From Stylophora pistillata (lineage: Eukaryota), in contig NW_019218008.1 of NCBI RefSeq assembly GCF_002571385.2, positions 229,280 through 293,279 of the forward strand: a stretch of 64,000 nucleotides of DNA, read 5' to 3'. The notes below the pieces were generated by a model. The model worked only from the letters and a program-made list of their open reading frames with translations, had not been told where the DNA came from and did not search any database. Numbering within the stretch: position 1 is the stretch's first letter; each line of letters begins with the position of its first letter. Positions 24,883 to 38,600 of this stretch are shown here, one piece after another. The position numbers and the translations under genes were made by a program.

Positions 24883-26099
24883 TCAGTTAGGACAAGTATG
24901 GATCAAAAATGTTTTATCTTTCATATCTCGGTTTTCCATGCTTCTGATTCCAGCAAATGGCGTCAAAACAGCGGCAGTTTCAAAGGATTCACTGAGACCA
25001 AATCTGAAAGAGTTGATCTCCATTCTTGGGGAAACACTGTTGTATTTCACGAAGGCACTGTTATCCGAAACGGTAAAATTAGTGCAGGGTAGAGGTTCCA
25101 TCACGGAGAAGCAGGATGTCTCAGTTTCAGATCCCTGCCAGTTGTTTTGATGGAAGCCACCCGTGTAAATTTCTCCTACACTCCATGGAAGCTGGTATAA
25201 AGGTGTAGGTGTAGGTAAGCAAGCCCTGTAGTTGAATGGGTGATGTCTGGGAACTCCAAACTGGGAATTCAATATTTTCGACACGCTCTGAATCAATCCT
25301 CCGCTTCCATTTTTTGCTGTCTTTTCATTTTCATCAAATATGGTGTTATGTTTTTCATTGAAAGGTGATTCTGCGGGAGAGATACTCACTGCAAACATGA
25401 TAAAAAAAAAAGTTTTCCTTCATTTGCAAGAAAACCATCAAAAGCAATGAGTAAAACATTTAAGAGCAGAAAAAGAAACTCCCTAGGTCATATAAAATCA
25501 TTAAGCCAAAGAGTAACAAGACGAGTTTCTTAATTTCTTTTTCGAGCTTCAAATAAACAAGCTAAAAAAAACAACTCAGAAGTTGCAACAATTCTACTAA
25601 AAGTATGAACATATTTTCCATGCACGTTTGAAGAAAATCCATTTGCGTTGTCAATGATCGGTTTTACACAAAGAAAACTAGACTAAGATAGCGAGACTGT
25701 ACGACTCACTTCAACCAAACGTAAAGAAACACTAGATAACGCCTGATTTTAACCAAAGAAAAAATATCATTTGGTAAAATGACAAACAATATAGGCATAC
25801 ATCAAAATTACGCTTAACATTATTTTCGTACCTTGAATTGGTTCGACAGCGGTTGAAATGCAACGAGTATTACTCTTTTCTATAGCTTTCATCTGTTGTC
25901 GCCGAAGGTAAACTTGCTTTCTCGTAACACCCCTATGTTCGCGTCCCTTGACACATAGCTCACAGTAGCAATTCAAAAACGGACAGAGCCGTTTGTGACC
26001 TTTCAGGTTTGATCGGATTCCATGATTCCCGCAGATCGTGCAGGAACGCTTGCCTTTTTTCTTAATGTGTTTCGGTTCTTCTTGAGAAGCCAGATCCAT
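24883..26099 (-). CDS. Doublesex/mab-3 related (DM-domain) transcription factor, paralog B, divergent, ~257 aa
   Basis: Exons 26099-25832 and 25388-24883 (phase 1, GT-AG). DM zinc motif CTICGNHG..LKGHKRLCPFLNCYCELC..QVYLRRQQ; Ser/Pro-rich C-terminus; no DMA domain recognised. Confidence 0.85.
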
Positions 26100-26778
26100 T
26101 TTGTTGTGACGGTGAAAATAGCGGTCCGAAACGGGATTTTTTTCTTCGGAGACGACGCCTTAATATTGCTTCAATCATCGACCAGAAAACTAAGCAAACT
26201 CTGTCCACAAGGCGGCCCTTCTATTCAGTCACTTACAAGCAAATGTCTGTCAAATCGAAATCTCGTTCATGATTGGTGAAGGTATTGAAGGTATCACGTG
26301 CGCGACTCGTGACATGGACGATGAGGCGTTTGTTATTTTGAATGAATGAATGTCTGTCTGTACTTACTCGTAATGTAACTTTTCAAATATCCTGCTCTGT
26401 TGAAGTTGTTTCCATATTCCACGTTTCCAGAATTAACCTTCCTCTTGCACCCATTTTAAACTGGGAAGGTTTATTTTTTTTAATGATCTACTTTAACTGA
26501 ATTGAGGTTGCAAGATTTGTGTCCTATATATATATATAGGTCTGAGATTTCAAACTTAGTTTCTGGTTCAATTACTGTCTTTCCAAAACATTTCTAAAGT
26601 AATTTTTCAATTCCAGGCATCTAACTGCCTGGAGTCGTAATTTTATGAGATCAGACTATGTTTCTAGCATCGACATTACTGATATATGTTCTAGAAATGA
26701 TCTGCCAGCATTGTTTTCTACGAACCTCTTTGAATGCTGTTAATTCTGTATCAAGATCTGACCATTATTGAATAACTA

Positions 26779-27738
26779 AGGTACTGGTCATTTTTTATCG
26801 GGAGGGGGGACTGGTGCAAATGGGGGGGGGGGCCACCATTTTTTATGCATGGCTTAAAAGGGAGGCCATTCAAAAATATGCAAACGTTTTGCCAGAAAAA
26901 AGGTTAAAAGCTGCATCTGGATGCCATCAACAAATACAGCCTAATAAAATAGCTTTATACATACCCACCATAACCTTGGAAAATATGGAATAAAAAAGGC
27001 AAAGCTGGAAGCAGTTAAAGAAAGTATCATCCAAGAACTTGCTAAACGCAGTGAGAGAGAGGAGGATTGGAAGAGCGACAATCAGTCGTCTTCTGATTCA
27101 CTCAGTAGTGAATCAGAAGACGACTCAGAGGAAGAACACTGTGTCCTTGCAGAGATTGGTATTTTAAGCTCTGAAGAGGAAGAGAGGTCGACTGCAGAAG
27201 AAGAAATGGTTGAGAGCACCGAAAACTTTAATATCAATACGACAATTGTCTACACACGGTCTGGGCGAAGAGCAACTCAAATCCAAATTTAAGGTAGCTT
27301 TAGATAGGATGTCTGTCATTTGGACATGGTGACCTGATAAATAGATACTTTTTGTTTCGTGCATGCCAAAGGACAAGGGGGGATGGGAGGGGGGGTCAGC
27401 AAAAATCATGTTAAAGTAAAAAGGGGGGGGGTCAGCAAAAATCAAGCATGGCATATTTTACATTGGACCAGCCCCCCCTCCCGATAAATAAGGACCAAGG
27501 GCCCGTTTCTCGAAAGTCCCGGTAACTTAACGGACCCGTAAGACGGTTCTGTTTTCATTCAGGATGGGAATTTCAAAAGTTTTGAAAACAACAAAATGAA
27601 ACCATCAACTAAAGAAACAAAATGGAGTGGTTTGGGGGCCAGAACCTGCTTTTATATCCTTTGAATTTTTATATTAAAACATGGCCTCGGGTCCGCTAAG
27701 TTACCGGGACTTTCGAGAAACGGGCGCCAGTCCCTAAT
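26779..27738. mobile_element. TIR element whose right TIR is interrupted by a nested MITE (27499-27728)
   Basis: Left ACTGGTCATTTTTTATCGGGAGGGGGGACTGGT versus right ACCAGCCCCCCCTCCCGATAAATAAGGACC|insert|AGTCCCTAA. The insert has TIRs GGGCCCGTTTCTCGAAAGTCCCGGTAACTTA / TAAGTTACCGGGACTTTCGAGAAACGGGC. Confidence 0.75.
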
Positions 27739-27788
27739 AGGGTACCGTAAACTGAAACTACTGACAGTAATTGACACTTGAGTGGTTG

Positions 27789-28947
27789 GGCTGTTCCGAA
27801 AACGTGGAGTGCGGAGTGCAGAGTGCGGAGTCTAAAAAAAAAATTAAAAAATTAAAGATTAAATGAAACAATTAAAAGAATAATTAAAAACATAAATACG
27901 CTGGAAATAGAAATTTAAGAAATAAATATAATAGTTATTAAAAAATTCACGCCGCCTGAAGTGGACTGTTCATTTCGTATATTAAACTCAAGACTTTCAT
28001 AGTTAGCAGTTCACTTTTACCACTTATTACCAGCTTTAAATGAATATATTAAGTACGTTTATCCCCGTCACATGCCTTTCCATGTCAACTGATTGAATGC
28101 CTGGGCTAGAGGTGACAACTTATCCCTTAGCCTCTTTTCCATGCGTTCGGTTAGTTGAGTCATGGCTCGGAAAACGGTGGGCGAAAAAATCGGGAAAAAG
28201 TGCTTTATTTACTCTGTTTTGCGTTAGAAGCCTTCAAGTATTGTGTATCAATTTAACTTTACTTCCACCTTGAAATCAGTAATCTTCTTCCAGAGAAGGT
28301 ATTAGGTTCTTGCAGAAAAAAAAAAAATACATGACCGCAGTCACGGTAGCTGCATGTGGAATTGGCGAGACGAGCAACCCTGTGCCGTTAAATGGCTTTT
28401 TTGGGAAAACATTTTATTTTTATAATTTGATTTCTCAAAGTGCAACTTTACCTGTGTATGGACTTGTTTCTCTATTTGTCAAACTACATTTTTCATCTTA
28501 CTATTTTTCAGCGCTGAATGTCTTTCAAGGTTTTAGTTTGAGCTTTGCGAGAACTTTAGGACGCGCAGTTGACAAGTTGTGAGAATGGTGAGGGTTAATT
28601 CACATGGGCAGTTTATTTTGGAAAGCAAAGCTTGAGATTGTTTCGAGGCAGTACGGCTTTCCAGCCAAACCGAAGGCGTAATTTCTCGCATTTTCTAGAC
28701 ATGGTCAAAACTGGACTGTTCTTTACTTTTTTTTTCGTAAAAGTGAACTGCTAACTGTGAAAATCTTGAGTTTAATATACCATATGAACAGTCCACTTCA
28801 GGCGGCGTGAATTTTTTAATAATTATTATTTTTATTTCTTAAATTTCTATTTCTAGTTTATCTATGTATTTAATTATTCTTTTAATTTTCTTTTTTTTAA
28901 TTTTTTTTTAGACCTCGCACTCCGCACTCCTCGTTTCCGGAACAGCC
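27789..28947. mobile_element. Non-autonomous Mutator-like (MULE) element, ~230-bp TIRs, 10-bp TSD
   Basis: TIRs begin GGCTGTTCCG and end CGGAACAGCC. Identical flanks TGAGTGGTTG at 27779-27788 and 28948-28957. Confidence 0.85.
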
Positions 28948-31003
28948 TGAGTGGTTGTGTGCCTTCGCCTAAATCAGAATTTAGAAGAACCGACTCGAAA
29001 AGCAAACACGAGGCCCTGTAAATATTTATTCATGGCCTTTTCCCAAAAAAAAAAAACAAAAACTAAGTTAAACTAGCACAGTTTAAAAGCTTATTCCCCA
29101 TAAAAAAATTAATAAATTTTACTTATAAATCAAGATAAAATTCGCTAAAGTTTTTACGCGCGTGTGCGAAAAAGCCAGCGGGTCAGATGTCACCAGTTAC
29201 GAATGAGCAAATTTGGCGCTCGCAACTTGAAAACTGAATGAAAAGCAAGACAAATATTGCCAGGAGATATTTCAGGGTAAATCTGTCATTCAACACGAAT
29301 CTAAATTTACTATTATAAGCAAAAAGCGTGCGAATTTCTCGCGTGCATGAACACGCAGAATAATTCGTTTGTGTGTATCGCTGTTCAATTTCCCTGCGAG
29401 CATAGTCTTTTCTTCTTTTCAACCCTCCAAGGGCTTTTCTTCTTTTTAACCCTCCAAGGGATTTTCCCTTTTCGATTCGAGGACGGGTTAAAAAGGCTCT
29501 GCTCGCAGGGTACTGTTCACTAAACTTCGTTGCAAGAAATTTCATGGCCTTACGTTGAAAATTCTGAAAATTGTATGCTTTAACAAAAGATCTTTCGTTA
29601 AACAATGTTTGTGCTTTTTACTTTAAGCTTTCACTTCCACACAAACATTACTCGGTAGAGGTTGGTATTCCAGTTCGTGCTTCGTAATCTCACTAAATCA
29701 CTGTAACATCTCAACCACACTGTCGCGAAGTGCTTGAAAGACTAAAATTGACAGCTGTGCCGGGGTTTACGTTCAAATGACTACGGACTCAGATGATTAG
29801 AGGAACTCACCTTCAAAGTGTCCACCTTCTTCAGAAGTATTCCCCAATCAAAACTGAAGCGGACATCCCAGCCAAGTGTTAGTGGTTTCCACCCGAGTAC
29901 TTAGCGAATTGCGCCGAGGTATCGAGATGATGACATCAATTTCTCGAACATTTCCCGAAGTTTTTAACTTGCTTGCTTTGACAGCTAAGCAACGGTAGCT
30001 ACAAAAGTACCCGGTGAATGAGGAAAATCTGAAAGCTTTGCAGTTGTTATTGTTTATTTTTCACTGGATTACTTACCTAGCGGAATTCATAGTCAAAATC
30101 ACAACTTGGGGCAACGCTACGGAGAGGTAACATGGTGTTGCTTACCAACTTTTTTTTACAGAGCTACGTGTATGTGTATCATGTAAAAATCAGAGAATCT
30201 TATCAAAGCATTAAATAACCAAAATATCTCATCCCTACAGACAGGTTCATGAAGAGCTTCAGCGTTACTACTAATATAAGCACCGGACTTCTCTCAACAT
30301 TCCATCTGAAGTAAAGCAGTACCAAGCTAACCCAATATTGTGACACGCGTGACACATGTAATGCTTGTAGTGACATTTTTATAAAGATTGCGTGATTAGT
30401 TTTGTCGTATATCGCGTGATACAATCGCAGTAAGCATAATCTTTCAATAGCAAATGTGACAATTTTCTTCATAGATATAAATTACTAAAATCATATAGAG
30501 AACTTATACATTTTAGTTACCTGTGTTCTTCAATTTCCCTTTTCATTCTGTTCTAATACATGGTTATTACATGGGTATTATAAACCCCAGGTAGAATTTA
30601 TAAATCAATTTTTGTACTGGGCACACTGATGTTCTGTCATTAACAGTTTTAAGCAATGAAGAAAATCGATTTGTTTGGGAAACTAAAGTAGGCCAATAAG
30701 ACGGGAAAGCACAAAAAAATCCCAGTTATTTAAATATCTTCGAGTTCTGTACCTGAACGATAGAATCATTACAGCTTCTGGAATTCTCCATATCTTTGGA
30801 AATATAAAAGCGACTGTTCAAGCAACAAAATTACTTCAAAAATAAAGTTAATTAAATATGTGTTGGCTTAGTTTGAAAATCCCTGAGGTGAACAGAACAC
30901 ACTCAAGAAGGTAAAGTCCATACTTGAGGTTTCTGCTCAAAAATTATCTACGGTACATCCATAGTATTTTCAGATTGATAAATATTAGTATGCAGTTTAA
31001 CAG

Positions 31004-32539
31004 TTAAAGTCCTGCGTGAGACTTTCTCGTCCTTAGACGAGTTTGCACTTCATCGTTAACCCCCCCTGAGTGTCCTCCTAACTCGCTTTTCCTCGGCCTC
31101 CTCTTCCGGGTTCCTTGTGCCCGCACATGGCTTAGATCAGCGGTGGGTTTGTGGTCAAGACGTGTCACGTGGTTGTGTTTAGTGGATCTCAAGCTCCTCT
31201 CTTGCTGCTGCTTCTCCCCTCGCATCACTGTTCCATTCTGGTAGCCGCCATTAGCGAGACCAGCGTGGTGCACGTGATCGTCTTCTTGCAATAAATGATT
31301 ACCGTTTGTTTTGATGTAGTTAAGGGTTTTGGTTTTAGAATCTTCTGCTGGAATTTCCTCCAGGAACGTCGGCTTCTTCGTTCCCTGAGGTAAAATGAGA
31401 AAAATCTCAGTTAAAGAAACGTTTCAGAGCGCTTATCGATTGAGTGTCGTAAACCAAAAACCACAACGGCCAATCAGAAGAAAGGAAGAGTCAATGAGAA
31501 CTCAAACTAAAAGCAACTGAACTGCCTAAAGCGCGGGAAAACGAGGACGATCAAGTCGTGATTGGTTTTAGCTTGGCATCTGATTGGTTGAGAGAGCGGC
31601 ACAGGTTTCTAGACCAATCACAGAGCGGGTAAAGCAAAACTAATTCAATCTCGGATTGCTTTCGATATTCACTTGAAAACTGCTCTATCGGTAGTTTTTT
31701 GAGTCTTGCTTTCAAACCAAACGCGATTTTGATTGAAGTCACCTTACAAAAGTGTACAGGGTTCTTACTTTAACCCTCTTTACTTAGCTAACAAGATACT
31801 TTTAGATAAAGATGAGGTTGTTCGTTTTTGTAGTTTTAGTACCATTTATAACTATGTTTTAAATCGATTTGATTTTCATGTTAAATAAGTTAAACATTAG
31901 ACAATCTTTCACTGGTTTCATGCTAGTCAAGCTTAAAACGAAATTTAAAATAAAATTTAAATAAATTTTTAAGTTTAAACTAAAGTTCATAACTTCTTAC
32001 GTATTTCTTGAGCATTTTTAGTCTCTCCACAATGTTTGCCTTCATTATATTGACCCCCTACAGAAAAAGTAACAACAGATCATATATTGCAAACGTTGTT
32101 TGAAAGAATTTAAACGAACGATTTAAGTTTAAATCAAAGGTTTACACTACAGTTTATATTTAGAGGTTTATGGTCACTTTTATTTAACTATTTTCATTTT
32201 AAAGGTGCGAAACCAAAAAATCTTAAGGTTAATTATTGTTTCATTTAAATTTCACACTTAATGTATTGAAAACAGCGGTCAAACGTTTGTGAAGGTTGCC
32301 CACATTGTGTTTTCAGACAGTAAAAGAAAAGTTGTCGCACAGGATTTAAAAACCACTACCATTAAAGCCGCAAAACTCTTGAACAAAAGTTAATCTTTCA
32401 AATCGGCACTCTTAATCCCACAGGTATCAACGAACGCTTTTAATTCCACTAATTTATTCGTGTTTTTCTCGTTGCCATGTTCCCACCAATGGCGTAGTTC
32501 CGCTTTCTGCGTATAAAACCACATACAACCCACAATTCC

Positions 32540-32571
<32 letters not shown>

Positions 32572-32646
32572 AACGTCAGCTTTTTTATTCGTTACGGTGG
32601 CCAATTTACAATTTCAACTTAGTTGATATAACCAATTATCTTGTTA

Positions 32647-32683
<37 letters not shown>

Positions 32684-35600
32684 TTCAGCCATCNNNNNNC
32701 TATGTTTTGGGTTTACCGATGGTGCAAAACAAAAGCAGATATTTTTCGATGTTGTTCAATAAAAAATCAAGGACTTTCAAGGACCCAAAACGAAATTCAA
32801 GTACTTTCAAGGCCTTGAAATCGGCCTCCTGAAATTCAAGGGTTTTCAAGACGCGTACGAACCCTGTGCACTTTATTGCAAAACACATTATGACAACTTG
32901 AGTGGGATTTAGGCCTCTGCTAATCAAATGTCTCCAACTTGTTAACTAACCTTTGATTTTGTCATTACCATGAAATACAAAACCATCAAACTGACTGCCA
33001 TCTATAAGAGAGAGATTACAATCCAATCAACACAACAACACAATGAAGTTGTTCTTAACTCTTTCAGTCTCAGATCTCATTAGTAATTCTCCTAACCGTC
33101 CGCCACACAATTCTTATAATGTTGGTTCTAAGCATTTGGTATTGGATCAACTAATAATCCCCTAATTGATATTTTTCTTTATTCTCATCACTTGTCTGCT
33201 TGATATTGTATTGATATCGTAAGGAGAAATTCTCTCTTTGTGACTATGTTTTATTCACTTTCATGCTTTGTTTTCTCACCTGAAAGAGCAACCATAACGT
33301 TATGCTGACTAGTTCTGTTTTCTTGAACATGTCCAGTCCATATTTAATACAAATAAGAGCTTCAAGACAGGTAATGACTCTGGTGAAAAAATTTGATCAC
33401 CAAATAAATAAATAAATAGACATCAAGCAACTAATGTCATAAAAGTAAAGTTTTCCAAAGTGATCAACTTACATTAGCACCCACGCCTGAGTTCCAAGTC
33501 GCCTGCTTCTAGTGTCTGTAATGTACACATAGTACTGCCTATAGTAGTAAAGTAAAGTCTGTTTACAATCCTAGTGGCACATTAGGTCGGTGCTTAACTC
33601 AGGTTTCTGTAGCATGAAGCGACTAGGAGTATTTCTACTCCCCCCTAGATGAGATGCCAGTCCATCGCAGGGTTACCCCCCTAGCATTAAATTGCCAGAA
33701 CCCATTTATACACTTGGGTGAAGAGAGGCACTGTGAGAGTAAAGTGTCTTGCCTAAGAACGCAACACAATGTCCCGGCCGGGTCTAGAACCCAGACCACT
33801 CGATCCAGAGTCGAGTGCACTAACCATGAGGCCACCGCGCCTCCACACTGCCTATAGTGACAGGGAGGAATGTTTTAAACACATGCTGAGCACCAAAGGC
33901 AATAAATCAACAAAAGCAATACAGGTTACAATGAACATTTATGCCTTTCTCTCTCTGCCCAAAACCAATCTACAAATGCTGCTCTTGCCTGAGCTCTGTT
34001 TACTGGGCACCAAAAAATAACAAACTTAAGTTGGAGCAATATGGCTATGGACAATAGGTCCATAGCCGCTTTTATCGAAACAAACAGAACAAGAATGAAT
34101 TCTGTTAAGGTGTTTGCCCAGTAAAAGTGCGGGCCAAGAAAAACGCACCAACACTAATTCTGCCAATAAGAACCTTTTCTGCTGTATAGAGCAAATTGAA
34201 AGTCTAGAAACAGGACTTTGGCAAGTCTATCATTGATAAATTGAGATTAACTGTAGTTGCGTAAAATTTTTATTGATACACTGTTGTTTACTCTTACAAA
34301 AATTTTCTCCCTTTTCCCTAGCTGCATCTGAATTAGTTCTGATTAAGAAGCCTTTGAATGTCCCATAAACCTCCAAAGACAATTTTACGCCAATCTTTTT
34401 TACAACTTAACAAATTTGAGCTTACGGCCCTGTACTTCCCGATGAGAACTACTTCGAGCACAGTCAATTCTAATTTGGAAAACTATAAAAACAACTTTAT
34501 ATCAAAATTAACAATACATAATATTCCAGTTCCATCTTTTCTTATCCAATGCTATAAGTATAAATATTAGGACATTAAAGGTGCCTATGAATCATTTAAT
34601 TGCCACAGCAACAGAGCAGTAACAATTATAGCAAAGAGAGCAACCATCAGACTTACCTCAAGGAAGGTGCCACAGTGAGACTGATAATAAACAGACGGAA
34701 GTAATTCAACCAGTGTGATGTTGGAACCCACAGAATGTGTTTAAGGAAGAATGTGTTAAGCTCCACAATCTAAAGACAAAAAGACTAGAATCAGAATAGA
34801 GTGAACTAAAAAAACAGACAGATAATTATAACACTTGTCTAATAATAATGACAAAAACTTACTGAAGGGGCATTAAGTCACTTAAAGTGATTTTCAAGAG
34901 GTTCCTCTGTGAAACAAAAAAAAATCTAAAAAAATGACATACCCGTACAAGAACTGAAATAAAAATCAACAATCTAAGAGAAATGCAGAAAGCTAAAAGC
35001 TAAAAGATTAAAATTTAAGATCATTTTGGGCCTTCGTCTCTAAAGTTTATTTTGCAGAAAGGTTCAATCTAATCTTTTTAAGGCCCTGAAAAAAGTTCTG
35101 CTTCTGCTTCTTGCCCATCAACATTCAAACGAATTTATGTATTTTACTCACCTGAGAAATTATCAACAACTGATATATGGCAAAGAATCGCATGTATGAA
35201 CACTTGGGATCCATCCAGCGAACATGAGTCCAGCTGAAAGAAACAAAATAACATTCAGTATTTCCAAAGGAGATCTGCCCTCCTTGCTTTGAAGGTAACT
35301 GTGTTCAAACTAAAACATGACACTTGTCAGGGGATAAACCTTGCCTGCATATCAAAACAAGTTAGTAGGAAGATCACAGCTACAGTATGTAAAAACATCA
35401 CAGCTCAACCTCTTAGAACTGCTTTGTATGAAGACTTGTGTTCAAATAAATTACTATTTTAAAAGAGCCAGGTTCTTTCCCCTACTTGGTAAATGAAGTT
35501 GCATCAAGTTTATCGAAATAACTAAAGGTACAGGTAGGAACCACATTATCATTAAGTCAATCAGCGGCATATGGATAGTAAGCTTCCGTTTTCCATCACT

Positions 35601-38600
35601 TACAGCTTCAATAAAACCGATGAGATGACCACATTTATAATTAAAAAATCCAGAGACAAACCAAAAGTGTGAAGTAACCAGAGAATATTCTCCATGTTTA
35701 AATTAAAAAAAAAAAAACCTCAAGCCATTGAAATTTGGATAGAAAATGTTGTGTAGCAGTAAAATACATTTTCTAGTCTGTGGTGCCTAATGAAAACAAC
35801 ATAGACAAACCTTGCAGGTGTAAATTGCATAGCTGCTCGACGCAATTTTCCAGTGGTCGTCTGAATATCCCTTTAAAAAATTAAAGAACCAAAGAGTTTA
35901 TCACATCTGTGTGAATATACAGTTACTGGTAACTTGATACAAACTTTACAAAAGACCCTTTACATACTTGATACTTTCCCAATGGTAGTTGCGCATCTCC
36001 AACTTCTTACACACATACAGTCCAAAATGGATTCCTAAGCCATTACAGATCAAGAAATCTAACAGCAGTGCATCCCACCAACATTCCGCAAAATTGGGCA
36101 ACAAGTGAGAAAAGAACACCTGAAATGGATCATTCAACACAATTTATTCAATAAGCTATACATACATTTTGATAGGTTTTTACCAATGATATACTGGAGA
36201 AAAGACATATGGATGATGTTACAATTCATAAAGCTTTGCTTATTCATCACATGAAAGAAATTAACTCCATATGGCCAGTGTCTTTTCAGCATTAGATCAT
36301 AGAACATGTCAAAATGTGGTTACAACATAACAAGACACACTTTGCTGCTTCTTATGTGCCACCTCAATGTCTTAACAACTTTTCAACACTGCCTGTGAGC
36401 TATTACTGAACAGATTCACAACATAATGGAATGTATTTGGTGTAATGTAATGAGCCAAAGTTCAGCATGCAGTTTGATTGGTTATCACTGATAGTCTATT
36501 TGAGGGTACATGCATAGATGAGGTCACCATGAACAGTTTTGCCTTTTTTTAATCACATAAAACAAATAGGCTCCATGTTTCCTTAGACCTGTACAGTAAT
36601 ACAACATTGAAGATATCAGAATGTGGTGAGAACATCTGCAACTTTTTGTTCTTACCACATTTTTATGTCATCCCTGATCTAACTGAACAGACGCACTGCA
36701 AAATAAAATGTATTTGTTGAAATTTAATACCTCAGTGACCTCCCACGTTATGCTTGCAATCCACAACAGCCATGCATTCCGAATAAGTAAAGCTTTTAGA
36801 GCCCAACCAAAGAAATGTGCAAAGGCAAAGATATCACAGTGACCCCACAGTCGCGTCAAAGTCACCTGAGAACAGTTTACAGCATATTCCTGCACCAAGA
36901 AAAAACAAATAAACAGTAAAACAAATAAATAAGTGTTGAAACAAAAGGGTTGGCCAAAGACTTTGAGCAGAGAGACTGGCGTGGCACAACTTTCCAATTC
37001 CAAGTGCAGATTGAAGTAAAGCAAAATCAAAGCAATCTTACATGACTCTTAAGATTCAATTGAAAATTCTCGTAAAACCACTAGTTATGAGTTCCTAAAC
37101 CCAGGAATCTAATTACATGAAAAAAATTATATTAATAGAATCTTATCTCTGTAACCTTTGTATCCGGTCCTTCTGATCGTAATCCAGGGTCAAAGAAGAA
37201 CAGAATATTTCTGAAGTCATCAGAAGTTTGGAACAAAGCAAATGCAAGAAAACTCATGTACAGAACACTGGCACCTGGTGAAAAACAAACAGGTGAGGAC
37301 ATTGATTACACAAAATATCATCAAGAAGAATTTAAAACCAAATACTGGAGTGAAAAAGCCTCCTCAATTATTCAGCATTGACAGTATGTTAGAATTATAT
37401 TTTTACAATCCTCTTACCAAATATCAATCTCCAAAGAGCAGGATGAGGTCTGATAAATGGACCTAAAAAAAATTGACGAACAAACATAAACGCAGATGAA
37501 TTTCAAAACCATTGCTTTAGAGGGCTTCATAAAGAAAATACAAAACTTTAATTTTCAGGTGCAATTTTTCTTGGTGATACAAAATTTCCTCTACAGGAAT
37601 TCCCTTCAAAATTAAGCTCTTACAAAAATCACAAGAGGATCAGAAGTATGCAGGTCTTGGAAACTTTTTTTAAAAGTAAAATTATACCAGTTTGCCAAAG
37701 ACACCTAAGCTCTAGAACAGGAAATTTTTGTTGAAAAACCCTCTAAACCCTAACATCAATACTGGTATTAACATTCTCCACCTAACAGCCTCCCGGTTAG
37801 CTCAATGGATAGAGTGCTGGACTGTTGTGCAGGAGGTCGAGGGTTCAAGCCCCAGCCAGACCAATACTCAAGGTCTTGACTTAAAATAATTGAAAAGAAT
37901 ATACTACCTTTCTATAACATCAAGAAATGGTTAGATATTCTAGTCTTCTCGGAGAGGGACAAATAAATGGAGGTCCCATCTCCTGCAGGGTTAGGGGCAG
38001 GAGATGTTGATTTCCCATGCACGAGATTACTGTGTGATGAAAGTCCTCCCCTGGGGTGGGGTGGGATGGGTGGGATCTAATGGGTGGACTACTCGGATGG
38101 ATCGTATATGTTCCGTTCTAGTCCTACCCTACTACGGTAATGCAGTGAAAATGGATTAGAAAAAACATTAGAAAAAAAAAAACCACTCTGTTCTCTCTAC
38201 ATGTTGTATGGTAATGGTAGGCATAATTTGTCTGAGAATCTGGAGCTTCTTAAATTGGTGATCATTTCCATTTTCTCATGACCTTTACATTTATTCAAGG
38301 ATGATATTACAAGGAGAAATTAGATGCCAATGAACCATTTATCTAGATTCTAATTCTTACCATTTGGCATGACAAGGAGGCTGAGAACAAGAAAAACAAC
38401 AGCAAGGGACACGATTCCACTCCAGATATTCTCTTCACGAGTGGCATCTGGGTTTCTTTAAATCAAAAAAGTCAAAAAGCTGTGTTCATTTCTATCTCAT
38501 AATACAGAAATACATCATTGGGGTAAGGAAAATATTTTATTTACTTTGTTCGTTGAGTACTCAAAAAATATTATACGATAACACTCATTGTCAAGTTAAG

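Noticed and set aside
29183-29605. 140-aa ORF with a duplicated LGGLKRRK
   Set aside because: TTG start, no splice or homology support; explained by a short local tandem duplication in repeat-rich DNA.
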